Below are positions 48,077 to 56,990 of a stretch of 64,000 nucleotides of DNA, in pieces (the first letter of the stretch is position 1; the number at the start of each line of letters is the position of its first letter). Position numbers and translations under genes: made by a program. This DNA comes from Candidatus Peregrinibacteria bacterium (lineage in GTDB: Bacteria > Patescibacteriota > Gracilibacteria > UBA1369). The notes beneath the pieces are model-generated. The model was not told the DNA's origin, made no database searches, and saw nothing but the letters and a program-made list of their open reading frames with translations. The stretch is taken from the NCBI GenBank assembly GCA_020429235.1, contig JAGQLQ010000013.1, positions 8,050-72,049 on the forward strand, read 5' to 3'.

Positions 48077-48162
48077 TGGTGGGCAGGGAGGGATTCGAAC
48101 CCCCGAAGGCGTAAGCCATCAGATTTACAGTCTGACCTCGTTGACCGCTTGAGTACCTACCC
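48077..48162 (-). tRNA. tRNA-Tyr (GTA), long variable arm, CCA encoded
   Basis: Hand-folded: GGGTAGG acceptor stem, CTGTAAA anticodon loop, class II variable arm, GGTTCGAATCC T-arm. Confidence 0.9.
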
Positions 48163-48172
48163 ACATTTTCAA

Positions 48173-48248
48173 TGGAGCCACCTGTCGGACTCGAACCGAC
48201 GACCCACTGTTTACAAAACAGTTGCTCTACCAGCTGAGCTAAGGTGGC
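48173..48248 (-). tRNA. tRNA-Thr (TGT), CCA encoded
   Basis: Hand-folded: GCCACCT acceptor stem, TTTGTAA anticodon loop, GGTTCGAGTCC T-arm. Confidence 0.9.
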
Positions 48249-48351
48249 TCATAGTGCGGCAAAATCAGCTTTTCAAGTCAATCAGAAACATGCTGACGCC
48301 ACAGCAAAAGGATGATATGGTATTAGCTCGAGAGTGTCAATAAAAGGATTA

Positions 48352-49293
48352 ATGACCGACAAAATAGCACAATTCATCCAAAAATTCCCAAACGTTGAAC
48401 AAAATAAACCTCTCGCTCCTTTCACTACACTTCAGGTTGGAGGTCCGGCAGACCTTTACTACGCCCTCACAGACATCAACGAAACAGAAGATCTCCTCAA
48501 TACCGCAAAAGAGCTCAAAATTCCCTATTTCATCCTTGGTGGCGGCTCCAACACTGTTTTTCATGAAAACGGCTTCCGTGGCCTCATTATTCACGTCAAA
48601 GCAAAAACAATCACCGTAGAGGAGGATCGAATCATCGCCGATGCAGGAGCACTCCTCTCTCTGGTCCTTCAAACCGCCAGAAAAAACGGCCTCATCGGCA
48701 TGGAAAAGTTTATGGGACTTCCGGGAACCGTTGGAGGAGCTGTCCGCGGCAACGCCGGAGCTTTCGGCATCGAAACCAAAGATGTCTTCGAAAAAGCCCT
48801 CATTTACAACGAAGAAAAAGGCATTCATGAAGAAACCGCCGAATATTTCAATTTCAAGTATCGATCATCCACTGTTAAAGCACGAAAAGGCCAGGACATT
48901 GTCCTTCAGGTCACCTACAAACTCCAAAAAGGCGATCCAGCGGCAGTTATGAAAGAGAACGCCACGGTCATCGCCAGCCGCCTCAAAAAACAGCCGGCAG
49001 GAAAAAACACCGGCTCATTCTTCAAAAATCCACGCCCCTTCGACTCAGCGGAAGGTCCGGCAATCCATGCTGGAAAACTCCTGGATGAAGCCGGATGTAA
49101 AGGCCTCAGCGTAGGTGAAATTCAGGTGTCAGACCAACACGCCAACTGGATAATGAACCAGGGCAACGCCACTCAAACTCAGGTCATCGAGCTTATGAAA
49201 GCCATGCAATCACGGGTAAAAGAGAAGTTCGGTATCGACCTTGAACCGGAAGTTCAGTTCGTCGGCGAAACCGGACCACTCACTTTCAACTAG
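48352..49293 (+). CDS. murB: UDP-N-acetylenolpyruvoylglucosamine reductase, short (type II, Gram-positive-like) form
   Basis: PLAPFTTLQVGGPADLY, ILGGGSNTVF and GSFFKNP motifs, with host-like codon usage. I placed the start at the ATG at 48352. Confidence 0.85.
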   Translation: MTDKIAQFIQKFPNVEQNKPLAPFTTLQVGGPADLYYALTDINETEDLLNTAKELKIPYFILGGGSNTVFHENGFRGLIIHVKAKTITVEEDRIIADAGALLSLVLQTARKNGLIGMEKFMGLPGTVGGAVRGNAGAFGIETKDVFEKALIYNEEKGIHEETAEYFNFKYRSSTVKARKGQDIVLQVTYKLQKGDPAAVMKENATVIASRLKKQPAGKNTGSFFKNPRPFDSAEGPAIHAGKLLDEAGCKGLSVGEIQVSDQHANWIMNQGNATQTQVIELMKAMQSRVKEKFGIDLEPEVQFVGETGPLTFN

Positions 49294-49386
49294 CACATAC
49301 AAAAAAATCACTTGAGCCACTTGCCTTTAAAAGGCTTTTCTGGTAGAATTAACAGAAGAATAAAATAAAAACTTTACCCCCTACCC

Positions 49387-49779
49387 ATGAAGAACACTCT
49401 TCTCAAAGCAAAGCGAACAGTCGCTGCCGCTACAACCGGTGCTGCCGTGTTTATGTACAGCACTCTGCCAGCAATGGCACAACTTATTAGCCCAACTGAT
49501 CAACCAGGTCGTCTTGCTGAGGCTACTGGTGGACAAGGTTCATTCCGTGACCTTCTCCTTACCTTCCTCAACTTCTTCCTTGGATTCCTCGGTCTTTTGG
49601 CTGTTATTATGGTTATTTACGGAGGTGTTCTTTATGTAACAGCTGCTGGTAACCAGGAAAATATCGACAAAGGAAAGAAGATTATCATGTATGCCGTTAT
49701 TGGTATCGTGATCATCCTTCTCGCTTTCGCTCTCGTGAACACTCTTCTTGGAGGTCTCGGAGCCGGAGGAGATGTCTAG
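49387..49779 (+). CDS. Small pilin-like protein with signal peptide and two TM helices (paralogue of 19403..19753)
   Basis: Signal-like N-terminus ending PAMAQ, then TM - GGVLYVTAAGNQENIDKGKK - TM. Confidence 0.5.
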   Translation: MKNTLLKAKRTVAAATTGAAVFMYSTLPAMAQLISPTDQPGRLAEATGGQGSFRDLLLTFLNFFLGFLGLLAVIMVIYGGVLYVTAAGNQENIDKGKKIIMYAVIGIVIILLAFALVNTLLGGLGAGGDV

Positions 49780-49796
49780 TCAAAAGAAAACAAAGA

Positions 49797-49826
49797 AAAG
49801 CCCGCTCACAAAGCGGGCTTTTTTGT
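49797..49826 (+). terminator. Rho-independent terminator after pilin-like gene
   Basis: AAAGCCCGCT-CACAA-AGCGGGCTTT followed by TTTTG. A TATAAT for the next gene overlaps its tail. Confidence 0.75.
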
Positions 49827-49855
49827 TATAATGCGAGCAATTTTCTTTCAAACAA

Positions 49856-51055
49856 ATGATGACCGGCCGACAATCCTATCTACGTGCTCTGCAAGCCAAT
49901 ATCTGGAAAATGTATCTGTACAGGTCTTTCAGCTGGTTCATGGTTATGTTGCCAATTCTGGTCCTTTTCTACCAGGAACAAGGGTTAAGCATGTTTCAAA
50001 TAGTATCCCTACAAGCCATTTTTTCGGTGACAGTACTTCTTACAGAGGTTCCTTCGGGTTACCTTGCGGACGTCATTGGGCGGAAAAAATCACTCATCAT
50101 GGGGGCTATCCTTGCGGCATTAGGACTTGGCATATACAGCATTGCCAACGGTTTTGTAGAACTTCTTTTTGCAGAAATCACACTGGGAATAGCCGCAGGA
50201 TTCACATCTGGCGCAGATGCCGCCCTTCTCTACGATAGTCTTTTAGAACTTCAAAAAGAGGAGCAGTATCAAAAAATATTTGGGAAATACATGGCGATAG
50301 GTAACTTTGCCGAAGGTATAGCCAGTATTCTTGGTGGATTTTTAGCGCTCATAAGCCTTCGCACCCCGGTAATAGCCCAGGCATACGTATATCTTCTGGC
50401 AATTCCCGTCGCCTTTTCGCTCAAAGAACCAGCAAAAAAGGTCTATCACATTGCTGAAGGAAACCTTAAAGAGATCCTCAACGCAGCCAAATACGCGCTT
50501 ATTGAAAACAAGGAGGTAAAGTGGCTCCTACTCTTTGGAGCTTTCATTGGAACCTCCACTTTCACGGTTATCTGGTTTATCCAGCCCTACTGGAAAGAAA
50601 TGAATATTCCACTCGAATATTTTGGTATTCTCTGGGCACTTTTACAGTTCACCACTGGTGGATTTTCCATCATCGCCCACAAATTTTCCAAAAAAATCCG
50701 CCTTCTCCATATCCTTACCTTTCTGGTTATTCTGGATATAGCCGCATTCATTGCCATTGGCTTCTATCAGGCCCTTTGGGGAGCCCTCATTTTCTTCATT
50801 TTCTACATGGTTCGCGGCATTAAAACTCCCATTCTTGACGATGCCATGAACAAGCGAATCCCTTCACATCGCCGCGCCACCATTCTGTCTATTCAAAGCC
50901 TCTGCATGCGCTTAAGCTTCGCCATTATTGGACCTTTTATAGGATGGATAGCCGACGTTTACACCATGAGTCAGGCCTTTTACATGGCAGCAGCAATATT
51001 CCTGATCCTTATTGGATCAACATTAATCGGACTCAAAAAAAATAAGGTCGTTTAA
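49856..51055 (+). CDS. MFS transporter
   Basis: The 399 aa product has 12 predicted TM helices and the GYLADVIGRKK loop motif. Confidence 0.75.
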   Translation: MMTGRQSYLRALQANIWKMYLYRSFSWFMVMLPILVLFYQEQGLSMFQIVSLQAIFSVTVLLTEVPSGYLADVIGRKKSLIMGAILAALGLGIYSIANGFVELLFAEITLGIAAGFTSGADAALLYDSLLELQKEEQYQKIFGKYMAIGNFAEGIASILGGFLALISLRTPVIAQAYVYLLAIPVAFSLKEPAKKVYHIAEGNLKEILNAAKYALIENKEVKWLLLFGAFIGTSTFTVIWFIQPYWKEMNIPLEYFGILWALLQFTTGGFSIIAHKFSKKIRLLHILTFLVILDIAAFIAIGFYQALWGALIFFIFYMVRGIKTPILDDAMNKRIPSHRRATILSIQSLCMRLSFAIIGPFIGWIADVYTMSQAFYMAAAIFLILIGSTLIGLKKNKVV

Positions 51056-51058
51056 ACC

Positions 51059-51292
51059 CTATTCGTCTTCTTCAATAATGTACGCTGGCAGTTTTCCGCT
51101 ACTCATCAGCCACATCATAATGGCAATACCAAGAAAAACCACACTGATGACAATATAGCCAAACAGCCCTAGTTCACCTTGTTCCGGACTAAAAAACTCC
51201 AAATAGGTAATAAAAATCCACAACAAAACAAACATTGGCATCATAATCCAACGAATCCATTTTGGGAGAAAAACTTTTTTCGTCTTTTTCAT
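51059..51292 (-). CDS. Small two-TM membrane protein (77 aa)
   Basis: I moved the start to MKKTKKVF, because the longer track ORF runs into tRNA-Pro. Confidence 0.45.
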   Translation of the reverse strand: MKKTKKVFLPKWIRWIMMPMFVLLWIFITYLEFFSPEQGELGLFGYIVISVVFLGIAIMMWLMSSGKLPAYIIEEDE

Positions 51293-51306
51293 GAGCAATG
51301 TGTAAA

Positions 51307-51383
51307 TGGTCGGGGTGAGAGGGCTCGAACCTCCGACCTCACGGTCCCAAACCGTGCGCGCTAGCCAACTGCGCCACACCCCG
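51307..51383 (-). tRNA. tRNA-Pro (TGG), CCA encoded
   Basis: Hand-folded: CGGGGTG acceptor stem, TTTGGGA anticodon loop, GGTTCGAGCCC T-arm. Confidence 0.9.
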
Positions 51384-51450
51384 AAATCAAATTTGCTTCA
51401 GTAATTTAAAGGCATTGAAGCCCTAAAGTCAATGCCGCTATACTGCATAT

Positions 51451-51963
51451 ATGGAAAAATACTATCGCCAAACCATCGGTTTACCCGTGATTTCGCATTC
51501 CAGACAGCCACTCACGCGTGTTCGGGATGTCATTATCGACACGGACAAAGGCAAAATCGTTGGCTTTTTTGTGATGGGAGGATCAAATCATGTTGTTGCC
51601 CCAATTGATATCCTTGAGTGGAACAGCGTCATCATGATCAACGATCAGGAAGACATTATTGAACCGGATGAGGTTCATACCATTCGTGAAGCACTAAAAA
51701 AAGACGCAACAATTTTCAAAAAAAGGGTCTACACCAAAAGTGGTGACTACTTGGGCAAAGTGCTCGATTTTGGCATGAACAGTCAGCTCTACGAACTCAC
51801 AGTCATCATTGTCTCAAAAGCCTTTCTCAGCCTCTTTTTCTGGGATAAAAAAATCATCTCCTCTAAAGACATCATCCGCATCAAGCCGGACCGCATCATT
51901 GTTAAAGACCTGGTACAAACCGTTCCAATGGAAAAATTTCAGGTCGACATGGCATCGCCATAG
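51451..51963 (+). CDS. PRC-barrel domain protein (two YlmC/YmxH-like repeats)
   Basis: GLPVIS...LTRVRDVIIDTDKGKIVGFFV and a second similar half. Confidence 0.6.
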   Translation: MEKYYRQTIGLPVISHSRQPLTRVRDVIIDTDKGKIVGFFVMGGSNHVVAPIDILEWNSVIMINDQEDIIEPDEVHTIREALKKDATIFKKRVYTKSGDYLGKVLDFGMNSQLYELTVIIVSKAFLSLFFWDKKIISSKDIIRIKPDRIIVKDLVQTVPMEKFQVDMASP

Positions 51964-51980
51964 AGTGGACAATTGTCTGT

Positions 51981-52487
51981 CTACTCATCATCTTCCGCAA
52001 TAACACGCCATTTGTCGTGTCCCACAATTTCATCCTGAAGAGCATACATACGTTTTCGATCATATTTGGTTTCATGATCAAAGCCAAATACATGCAAAAG
52101 TCCGTGAATAAACAGGTATGTCGACTCATCTTTTGGTGGAATTCCATGCTCTTTGGCCTGTTTATGAGCCGTATCAACAGAAATAAAAATCTCTCCCACC
52201 ATATCTTCGCCAGGAAAAGGGCTTTCCTCAAAGTAGCTAAGAGAAATCACATCAGTCGGCTTATCCATATCGCGATAGTTTCGATTCAACTGCTGAATTT
52301 CCTGATCACTCACAAAAAACGCTTTTACCACACCTCCATGCATCTTCTTTGCCAATTCCGCATCTTTCTTCAAGACCTGAATAGCTTTTTGATAAATTGG
52401 ATCCAAATCACTTTCAACAAGATCGCATTCATGACAACGTTGATTCACCTCCAATGTAAACGGTTTATCTTCGTGGTCTTTATGCAT
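51981..52487 (-). CDS. ybeY: rRNA maturation endoribonuclease YbeY
   Basis: The HGLLHVFGFDHE zinc motif. I moved the start to MHKDHEDK, 4 nt after the upstream stop. Confidence 0.85.
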   Translation of the reverse strand: MHKDHEDKPFTLEVNQRCHECDLVESDLDPIYQKAIQVLKKDAELAKKMHGGVVKAFFVSDQEIQQLNRNYRDMDKPTDVISLSYFEESPFPGEDMVGEIFISVDTAHKQAKEHGIPPKDESTYLFIHGLLHVFGFDHETKYDRKRMYALQDEIVGHDKWRVIAEDDE

Positions 52488-52491
52488 AAAA

Positions 52492-53247
52492 TTAAGCTCC
52501 GGGATTACGAATAGCAAATGCCTGACTCTGAAGCTGATCATCCATGCCCTTAGAAGCCATTTGAGCGTTTTGAATCATTTCGTTGAGTTCACCAACGGTA
52601 ATAATCTCATCAGGCCGGAAATAGTCAATTTCTGGGGTTATACCGTGTTCGAATGCAAAGTTCAGATAGCGGTTATACCACCAGTTCTCTTCATATGTGA
52701 GAGCTTCATCCAGATATGGGGTTGAATGAACGGTTTCCTCTTCAGAAACCTCAAAACGTTCCTCCCAATCCATGAGGTCAGAAGCGCCCAAAACAATCTT
52801 CAAAGCCTGAATACGTGACATCACAATTTCCGGACGAAAAGGAGTATCCTCCTCCTGCAAATAGCCATGTACCAGTCCAAGCATAGATGCCACATTAATA
52901 TCATGGTAAAAACGAGAATTTGGAGTTACATCCGGATAGAGGCTCAAGAAAGGCTCAAAAGCAATACCATCAAAGTCTGACATAGCCGAAAAAACAAAGA
53001 AACACTCATCCAGATGGTTTTGGCAGGATGTTAGGAAGGATGATTCCCGCTCTGCAAGCTGAAAAGAGGTAACAATAGTCGACACCACCTCTCCGCGAGT
53101 CAGTAAACGCGACTCATACTCATGGTCTGGATTTCGTATAGCAGCAAAAGCTCTTTGCTGAGAAAAAAGCAGCAGCACAAAGGCGGCAGCCAGGGAGAAC
53201 AACAGGTAACGATTCCCACCAATACGTCGATATATACTTCGATTCAA
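52492..53247 (-). CDS. Secreted hypothetical protein (251 aa), possibly with SLH-like segments
   Basis: Signal peptide (LLFSLAAAFVLLLFSQQRAFA). The LTRGEVVSTIV and MSRIQALKIVL segments resemble SLH repeats. Confidence 0.45.
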   Translation of the reverse strand: MNRSIYRRIGGNRYLLFSLAAAFVLLLFSQQRAFAAIRNPDHEYESRLLTRGEVVSTIVTSFQLAERESSFLTSCQNHLDECFFVFSAMSDFDGIAFEPFLSLYPDVTPNSRFYHDINVASMLGLVHGYLQEEDTPFRPEIVMSRIQALKIVLGASDLMDWEERFEVSEEETVHSTPYLDEALTYEENWWYNRYLNFAFEHGITPEIDYFRPDEIITVGELNEMIQNAQMASKGMDDQLQSQAFAIRNPGA

Positions 53248-53329
53248 GAGTTTTCCGATTAAAGAGCTTAACTTTAATTATATGGATTTCGATGATGAAG
53301 TAAAGGGACTTCAGGACAAATACTCCTTA

Positions 53330-53460
53330 TCAGTCTTGTCGACATCGAGTCGACAGTGGACAGAAGGAAGAGACTTGAAGCTAGACATTTGTCGACATGC
53401 TGTCTACAATGTCGATAAGTTTGTCGACTCGATGTCGACTTAATGTCAATAGACAAGGTA
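53330..53460. promoter_or_regulatory. Divergent intergenic region packed with TGTCGACA-type palindromes
   Basis: Five exact GTCGAC cores plus GTGGACA, TAGACA, GTCTACA, GTCGATA and GTCAATAGACA variants within about 130 nt. Confidence 0.55.
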
Positions 53461-54084
53461 TCAATGGCAGAAAATTTCCAAACAGACAGAAAAGCAGCTG
53501 CAAAACTGCTAAATGTGTCGGTCAGGACAGTAGACAGGTACATTGCTTCAAATAGATTGTCTATTCAACGTCGAGACAATAGAATTTGGCTTTCAAAAAA
53601 GGATATAGTTGAATTTAGAGATGGCCGACAAGTAGACACGTCTGATGTCGATATGTCTATAGACGTCGATAGCCAAAATAGTGTGGACAGGAGCACCGCG
53701 GGTGTCGACTCATTGTCGACACCCGCGGAAAAAATTTCCGCAAACAAAAAAGCACGTTCCGCATCCACCATTTATAAAAAGCTCTACGAACAAACCCACG
53801 AAGAACTTAAAAACGCACAAAAACGGCTGGAAGGTGCCAACTACCGAGTCGGACAACTGGAGTCACTGGTAAAAGAGAGCGTACCACTTCTGGACCATCA
53901 ACGCCTCCTTGGTGAGGAAAAGGCAGAAAGATTCCAATTGGAAGAAGAGGTGGAAACCCTCCGTGACAAAATCGAACGAATGAAAACAAAGATCAAAGAA
54001 GAGACCTTCAGTCGAAAAGCTTATTTGATAGCACTTTTCATCATCCTGCTCCTCCAGCCACTCTGGCTGCTCCTTCTCCGCTAA
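53443..54084 (+). CDS. Excisionase/MerR-type HTH protein with coiled coil and C-terminal membrane anchor
   Basis: AAKLLNVSVRTVDRYIASNRLSIQRRDNRIWLSKKDIVEF (HTH_17-like), a coiled coil, and the tail anchor AYLIALFIILLLQPLWLLLL. An alternative start lies at 53464. Confidence 0.65.
   Translation: MSIDKVSMAENFQTDRKAAAKLLNVSVRTVDRYIASNRLSIQRRDNRIWLSKKDIVEFRDGRQVDTSDVDMSIDVDSQNSVDRSTAGVDSLSTPAEKISANKKARSASTIYKKLYEQTHEELKNAQKRLEGANYRVGQLESLVKESVPLLDHQRLLGEEKAERFQLEEEVETLRDKIERMKTKIKEETFSRKAYLIALFIILLLQPLWLLLLR
53696..53728. repeat. Perfect 14-bp inverted repeat inside the HTH gene
   Basis: CCGCGGGTGTCGAC - TCATT - GTCGACACCCGCGG, followed by AAAAAATTT. Confidence 0.8.
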
Positions 54085-54630
54085 TTACTGGATCAACTCA
54101 ATCGGAATAATATCCAGCTCTAATTTCGGATGCTCTTCTTCACGAACAAGAAAAGGATAGTTTCGAATCCATGAATCATCTGGAAAGACTGGAGCAGTAT
54201 CAAATGATCCTTGAAGCCAGACAATAGGCTCTGGTTCCTCTTTTTTATAAACAGGAAGATCAAAATCGAAATGCAAACTTGATTCTTGAAAAGAATCAAA
54301 ACGGCTCACAGGAACCTCTTTATGAACCTCAACCATTTCAGGCTCAGCCTCACATACACCTCCTTCACTATCAACAGCGCCACCGAATGAAGAATCCGGG
54401 CAAACCTGAGCAACCTGATTGGCTGTTGAAGTTTGAACATCATGAGCATTGAGCGCCAGTCCGAGCATAGTCCCACCACAAAGTATCATCCCATTTCTAA
54501 ATCGGGACTCCTTTTTAAGCTTGGCCTGGTTTCGTGTAAGACCATCAATAATTTCCTGCTGCTTATGCACCTGAGCTTTAAGATCATCAAGTTGATCAGT
54601 AAGTCCGTGACTACGGTGGGGGCTATTCAT
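54085..54630 (-). CDS. Hypothetical coiled-coil / single-TM protein (181 aa)
   Basis: N-terminal coiled coil (LDDLKAQVHKQQEIIDGL), then a TM helix (MILCGGTMLGLAL). It lies downstream of the two DUF881 genes. Confidence 0.5.
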   Translation of the reverse strand: MNSPHRSHGLTDQLDDLKAQVHKQQEIIDGLTRNQAKLKKESRFRNGMILCGGTMLGLALNAHDVQTSTANQVAQVCPDSSFGGAVDSEGGVCEAEPEMVEVHKEVPVSRFDSFQESSLHFDFDLPVYKKEEPEPIVWLQGSFDTAPVFPDDSWIRNYPFLVREEEHPKLELDIIPIELIQ

Positions 54631-54699
54631 AGATTCTGTTTAAATTACAACAATAAAAATATTGCGCCTTTTAATAATTTTGTCAAAAAAGAGCTATTG

Positions 54700-55347
54700 C
54701 TACAAAACTTTCTCCATGGTGACAGCATCTCTTTGCTCAACCACAACTTCGACACCATTCACCGAACGTTGTAGCCGCTCAATAATACCTTCGGGCTGGA
54801 TAAGAGCATTTTCCAAAACAGACCTCTCTCCAATTGCCTCAATGGTGTAAGGCTCATTCAAAATCACAGAATTAATCATAATTTGCCCACTTGGAATGGT
54901 GTCAAAACCAGCTGTCTTATTCGTTAATCGGATAGAATTAACACTCACAGCTTCTGCCCCGGCGGAAAGAAGTTCATTAACCATATCCGTAAGCCATAAA
55001 GCTTGAATATCACCAGAAATCTGAACATGAAGCCCAGGACCGGAGATATCAATCTTACCGGTAAGTGCTTCATACTGATCAATCTCCTCGCGAACACTGT
55101 CGAGCGCGTCCTGATTATTCGAAACCTTCACGAGTTGATCCTCCAAATCATCAATTTCATCACGCAATTGACCATTGGTATCCTTCAAAATCTGAATCTC
55201 CCGAAAAACATCCGAGCGGTTATTCCGGTTAATCACATCACTCACATCCTCAAAAGATCGGGCCTGCAACGCAATCAAAAATCCCAGCAACACTGCTGTC
55301 AAAAGTATTGATACCTCTCTTTTCTTTATGTTGTGCAATTGCTTCAT
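54700..55347 (-). CDS. DUF881 (YlxW/YlxX-like) division-associated membrane protein
   Basis: N-terminal TM helix, coiled coil and C-terminal DUF881 pattern (...GPGLHVQISGD...IRLTNKTAGF...). Confidence 0.75.
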   Translation of the reverse strand: MKQLHNIKKREVSILLTAVLLGFLIALQARSFEDVSDVINRNNRSDVFREIQILKDTNGQLRDEIDDLEDQLVKVSNNQDALDSVREEIDQYEALTGKIDISGPGLHVQISGDIQALWLTDMVNELLSAGAEAVSVNSIRLTNKTAGFDTIPSGQIMINSVILNEPYTIEAIGERSVLENALIQPEGIIERLQRSVNGVEVVVEQRDAVTMEKVL

Positions 55348-55349
55348 AC

Positions 55350-56120
55350 TTACTGTTTGGTTACATCAACTTCAGAAATGTACTGTGAACTCAGATTTCC
55401 ACTATATTCGGGAATCAAAATCCCTTCTTTACTCTGTGCCATAAATTGAATATTCAAATCTTTCGTCCGCTTTGCCAGATCGGGAAGAGCAGTTGGATCA
55501 TTAAGTCGCTGCATAATAACATCAGGACTACCGAGTGCAGAAACAGTAAATGGCGGTAAAAGATGAAAGTTGTTCACCAGAATAGTATTTCCAACGGAAG
55601 AAATAGAGGTAGTGGCAATCACCCGTTGCCCATTAATAGAAATAGCCTGAGCCCGGGCTGTTCGCAGAATGTTCACAATATCCCTCAAATCCGAAGCATG
55701 AACCAAAGACTGGCTGACAGTGTCAGGATTGTCACGATTCACAAAAATCCCATCATCAATAACAATTTCAACACCTGGCCCACGTAGTGAAGTAAGACCA
55801 ATCTCTTCCTTTAAAGCCTTCAATGTTTCCAGGTTAGCCGTTTGAATTGAAGCCTCAGCTCTCTCTTGAGCTTCAGAAATTTCTGTCCGTAATCCCACAA
55901 TCTTTGATTTCAAAAGTCCTTGATCATCAACATAACCATCAATCAAATCCTTTTGAGCACGTAACTCATCACTCAAAAATGTGGATGAAGGAATAGAACT
56001 TTGAAACTGAACCGTTAAAAGAGCACCAATAAAAAGCCCGGTCACGACAAAAACCGCGCTCAACTTCCAATCTTTTTTAAATTGTTGCTCCTGTTTTTCC
56101 ATACCACTTTTATACAGCAT
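55350..56120 (-). CDS. DUF881 (YlxW/YlxX-like) division-associated membrane protein, second paralogue
   Basis: Same architecture (...RGPGVEIVIDDG...ISINGQRV...). Confidence 0.75.
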   Translation of the reverse strand: MLYKSGMEKQEQQFKKDWKLSAVFVVTGLFIGALLTVQFQSSIPSSTFLSDELRAQKDLIDGYVDDQGLLKSKIVGLRTEISEAQERAEASIQTANLETLKALKEEIGLTSLRGPGVEIVIDDGIFVNRDNPDTVSQSLVHASDLRDIVNILRTARAQAISINGQRVIATTSISSVGNTILVNNFHLLPPFTVSALGSPDVIMQRLNDPTALPDLAKRTKDLNIQFMAQSKEGILIPEYSGNLSSQYISEVDVTKQ

Positions 56121-56165
56121 GCAGGGAGAATTGTCATTCTGTTAGCAACTGACTATACTCCAATC

Positions 56166-56990
56166 ATGATTGGAGTATTCGATTCCGGCTACGGCGGGCT
56201 GACCATCCTGAAAGAGTTTCTACGCGAGCTCCCTGAATATGACTATATGTATTTAGGGGACAATGCCCGCGCGCCCTACGGTAATCGCAGTCATGAAGCG
56301 GTAAAGTCGTTTGCTGAAGAAGGGATTCAATACCTTTTTAGCAAAGGATGCATCCTGATTATTATTGCTTGCAACACTGCATCCTCGCAGGTTTTGAGAG
56401 AACTTCAGGAAGAGTATCTGCGTACACCAAAAGTCACAGACCGGAAAATCCTTGGAGTCATTAAGCCATTGGCCGAAAAATCAGCAAAAATAACAACAAA
56501 AAAACGAATTGGAGTAGTCGGAACCCGGGCAACTGTGCAGGCAAAAAGCTACGATCATGAACTTCAATCCCTGGACCCGACTATTCAGGTGTACAGCCAG
56601 GACTGCCCACTGCTGGTCCCACTGGTAGAAGAAGGATGGAGCCACAAGCCGGAAGGCCGCATGATACTCAAAAAATATCTTCGACCGCTCAAGAGTGCGA
56701 ACGTCGACACCCTTATTTTAGGATGCACACACTATCCTTTCCTCATCAAAGATTTTCGACAGATCATGGGAAAGAGTGTGAATATACCTCATCCCGGAGA
56801 GGTTGTATCAGCATCTTTGAAAGACTATCTTCAAAGACATCCGGAAATCGAACAATTGCTCTCCAAAAAGGAAGGTCGCCATTTTCTCACAACCGACGAT
56901 CCAGTTCGATTTAAAGAGGTTGGTGATCGTTTTATGAAAACAGATCTTAAGAATATTCAAAAAGTTGATATCACAAAAACGACGAAATGA
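56166..56990 (+). CDS. murI: Glutamate racemase
   Basis: IGVFDSGYGGLTIL, IIACNTAS and LGCTHYPFL catalytic cysteine blocks. I moved the start to the ATG at 56166. Confidence 0.85.
   Translation: MIGVFDSGYGGLTILKEFLRELPEYDYMYLGDNARAPYGNRSHEAVKSFAEEGIQYLFSKGCILIIIACNTASSQVLRELQEEYLRTPKVTDRKILGVIKPLAEKSAKITTKKRIGVVGTRATVQAKSYDHELQSLDPTIQVYSQDCPLLVPLVEEGWSHKPEGRMILKKYLRPLKSANVDTLILGCTHYPFLIKDFRQIMGKSVNIPHPGEVVSASLKDYLQRHPEIEQLLSKKEGRHFLTTDDPVRFKEVGDRFMKTDLKNIQKVDITKTTK

Noticed and set aside
53274-53543. The 89 aa minus-strand ORF across the TGTCGAC array.
   Set aside because: It is generated by the repeat motif itself (GTCGAC read as STVD/VDS peptides). It overlaps the HTH gene start and has no start context.
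53330-53730. Whether the TGTCGAC repeat cluster is a CRISPR array or an oriC with DnaA boxes.
   Set aside because: The repeat unit is only 6-8 bp, spacing is irregular, and there are no uniform spacers, so it is not CRISPR. Some variants (TGTCGATAA, TGTGGACAG) are one or two mismatches from a DnaA box (TGTGGATAA). However, the dominant word is the palindrome TGTCGACA, no dnaA/dnaN is nearby, and there is no AT-rich unwinding element. I have no support for an oriC.
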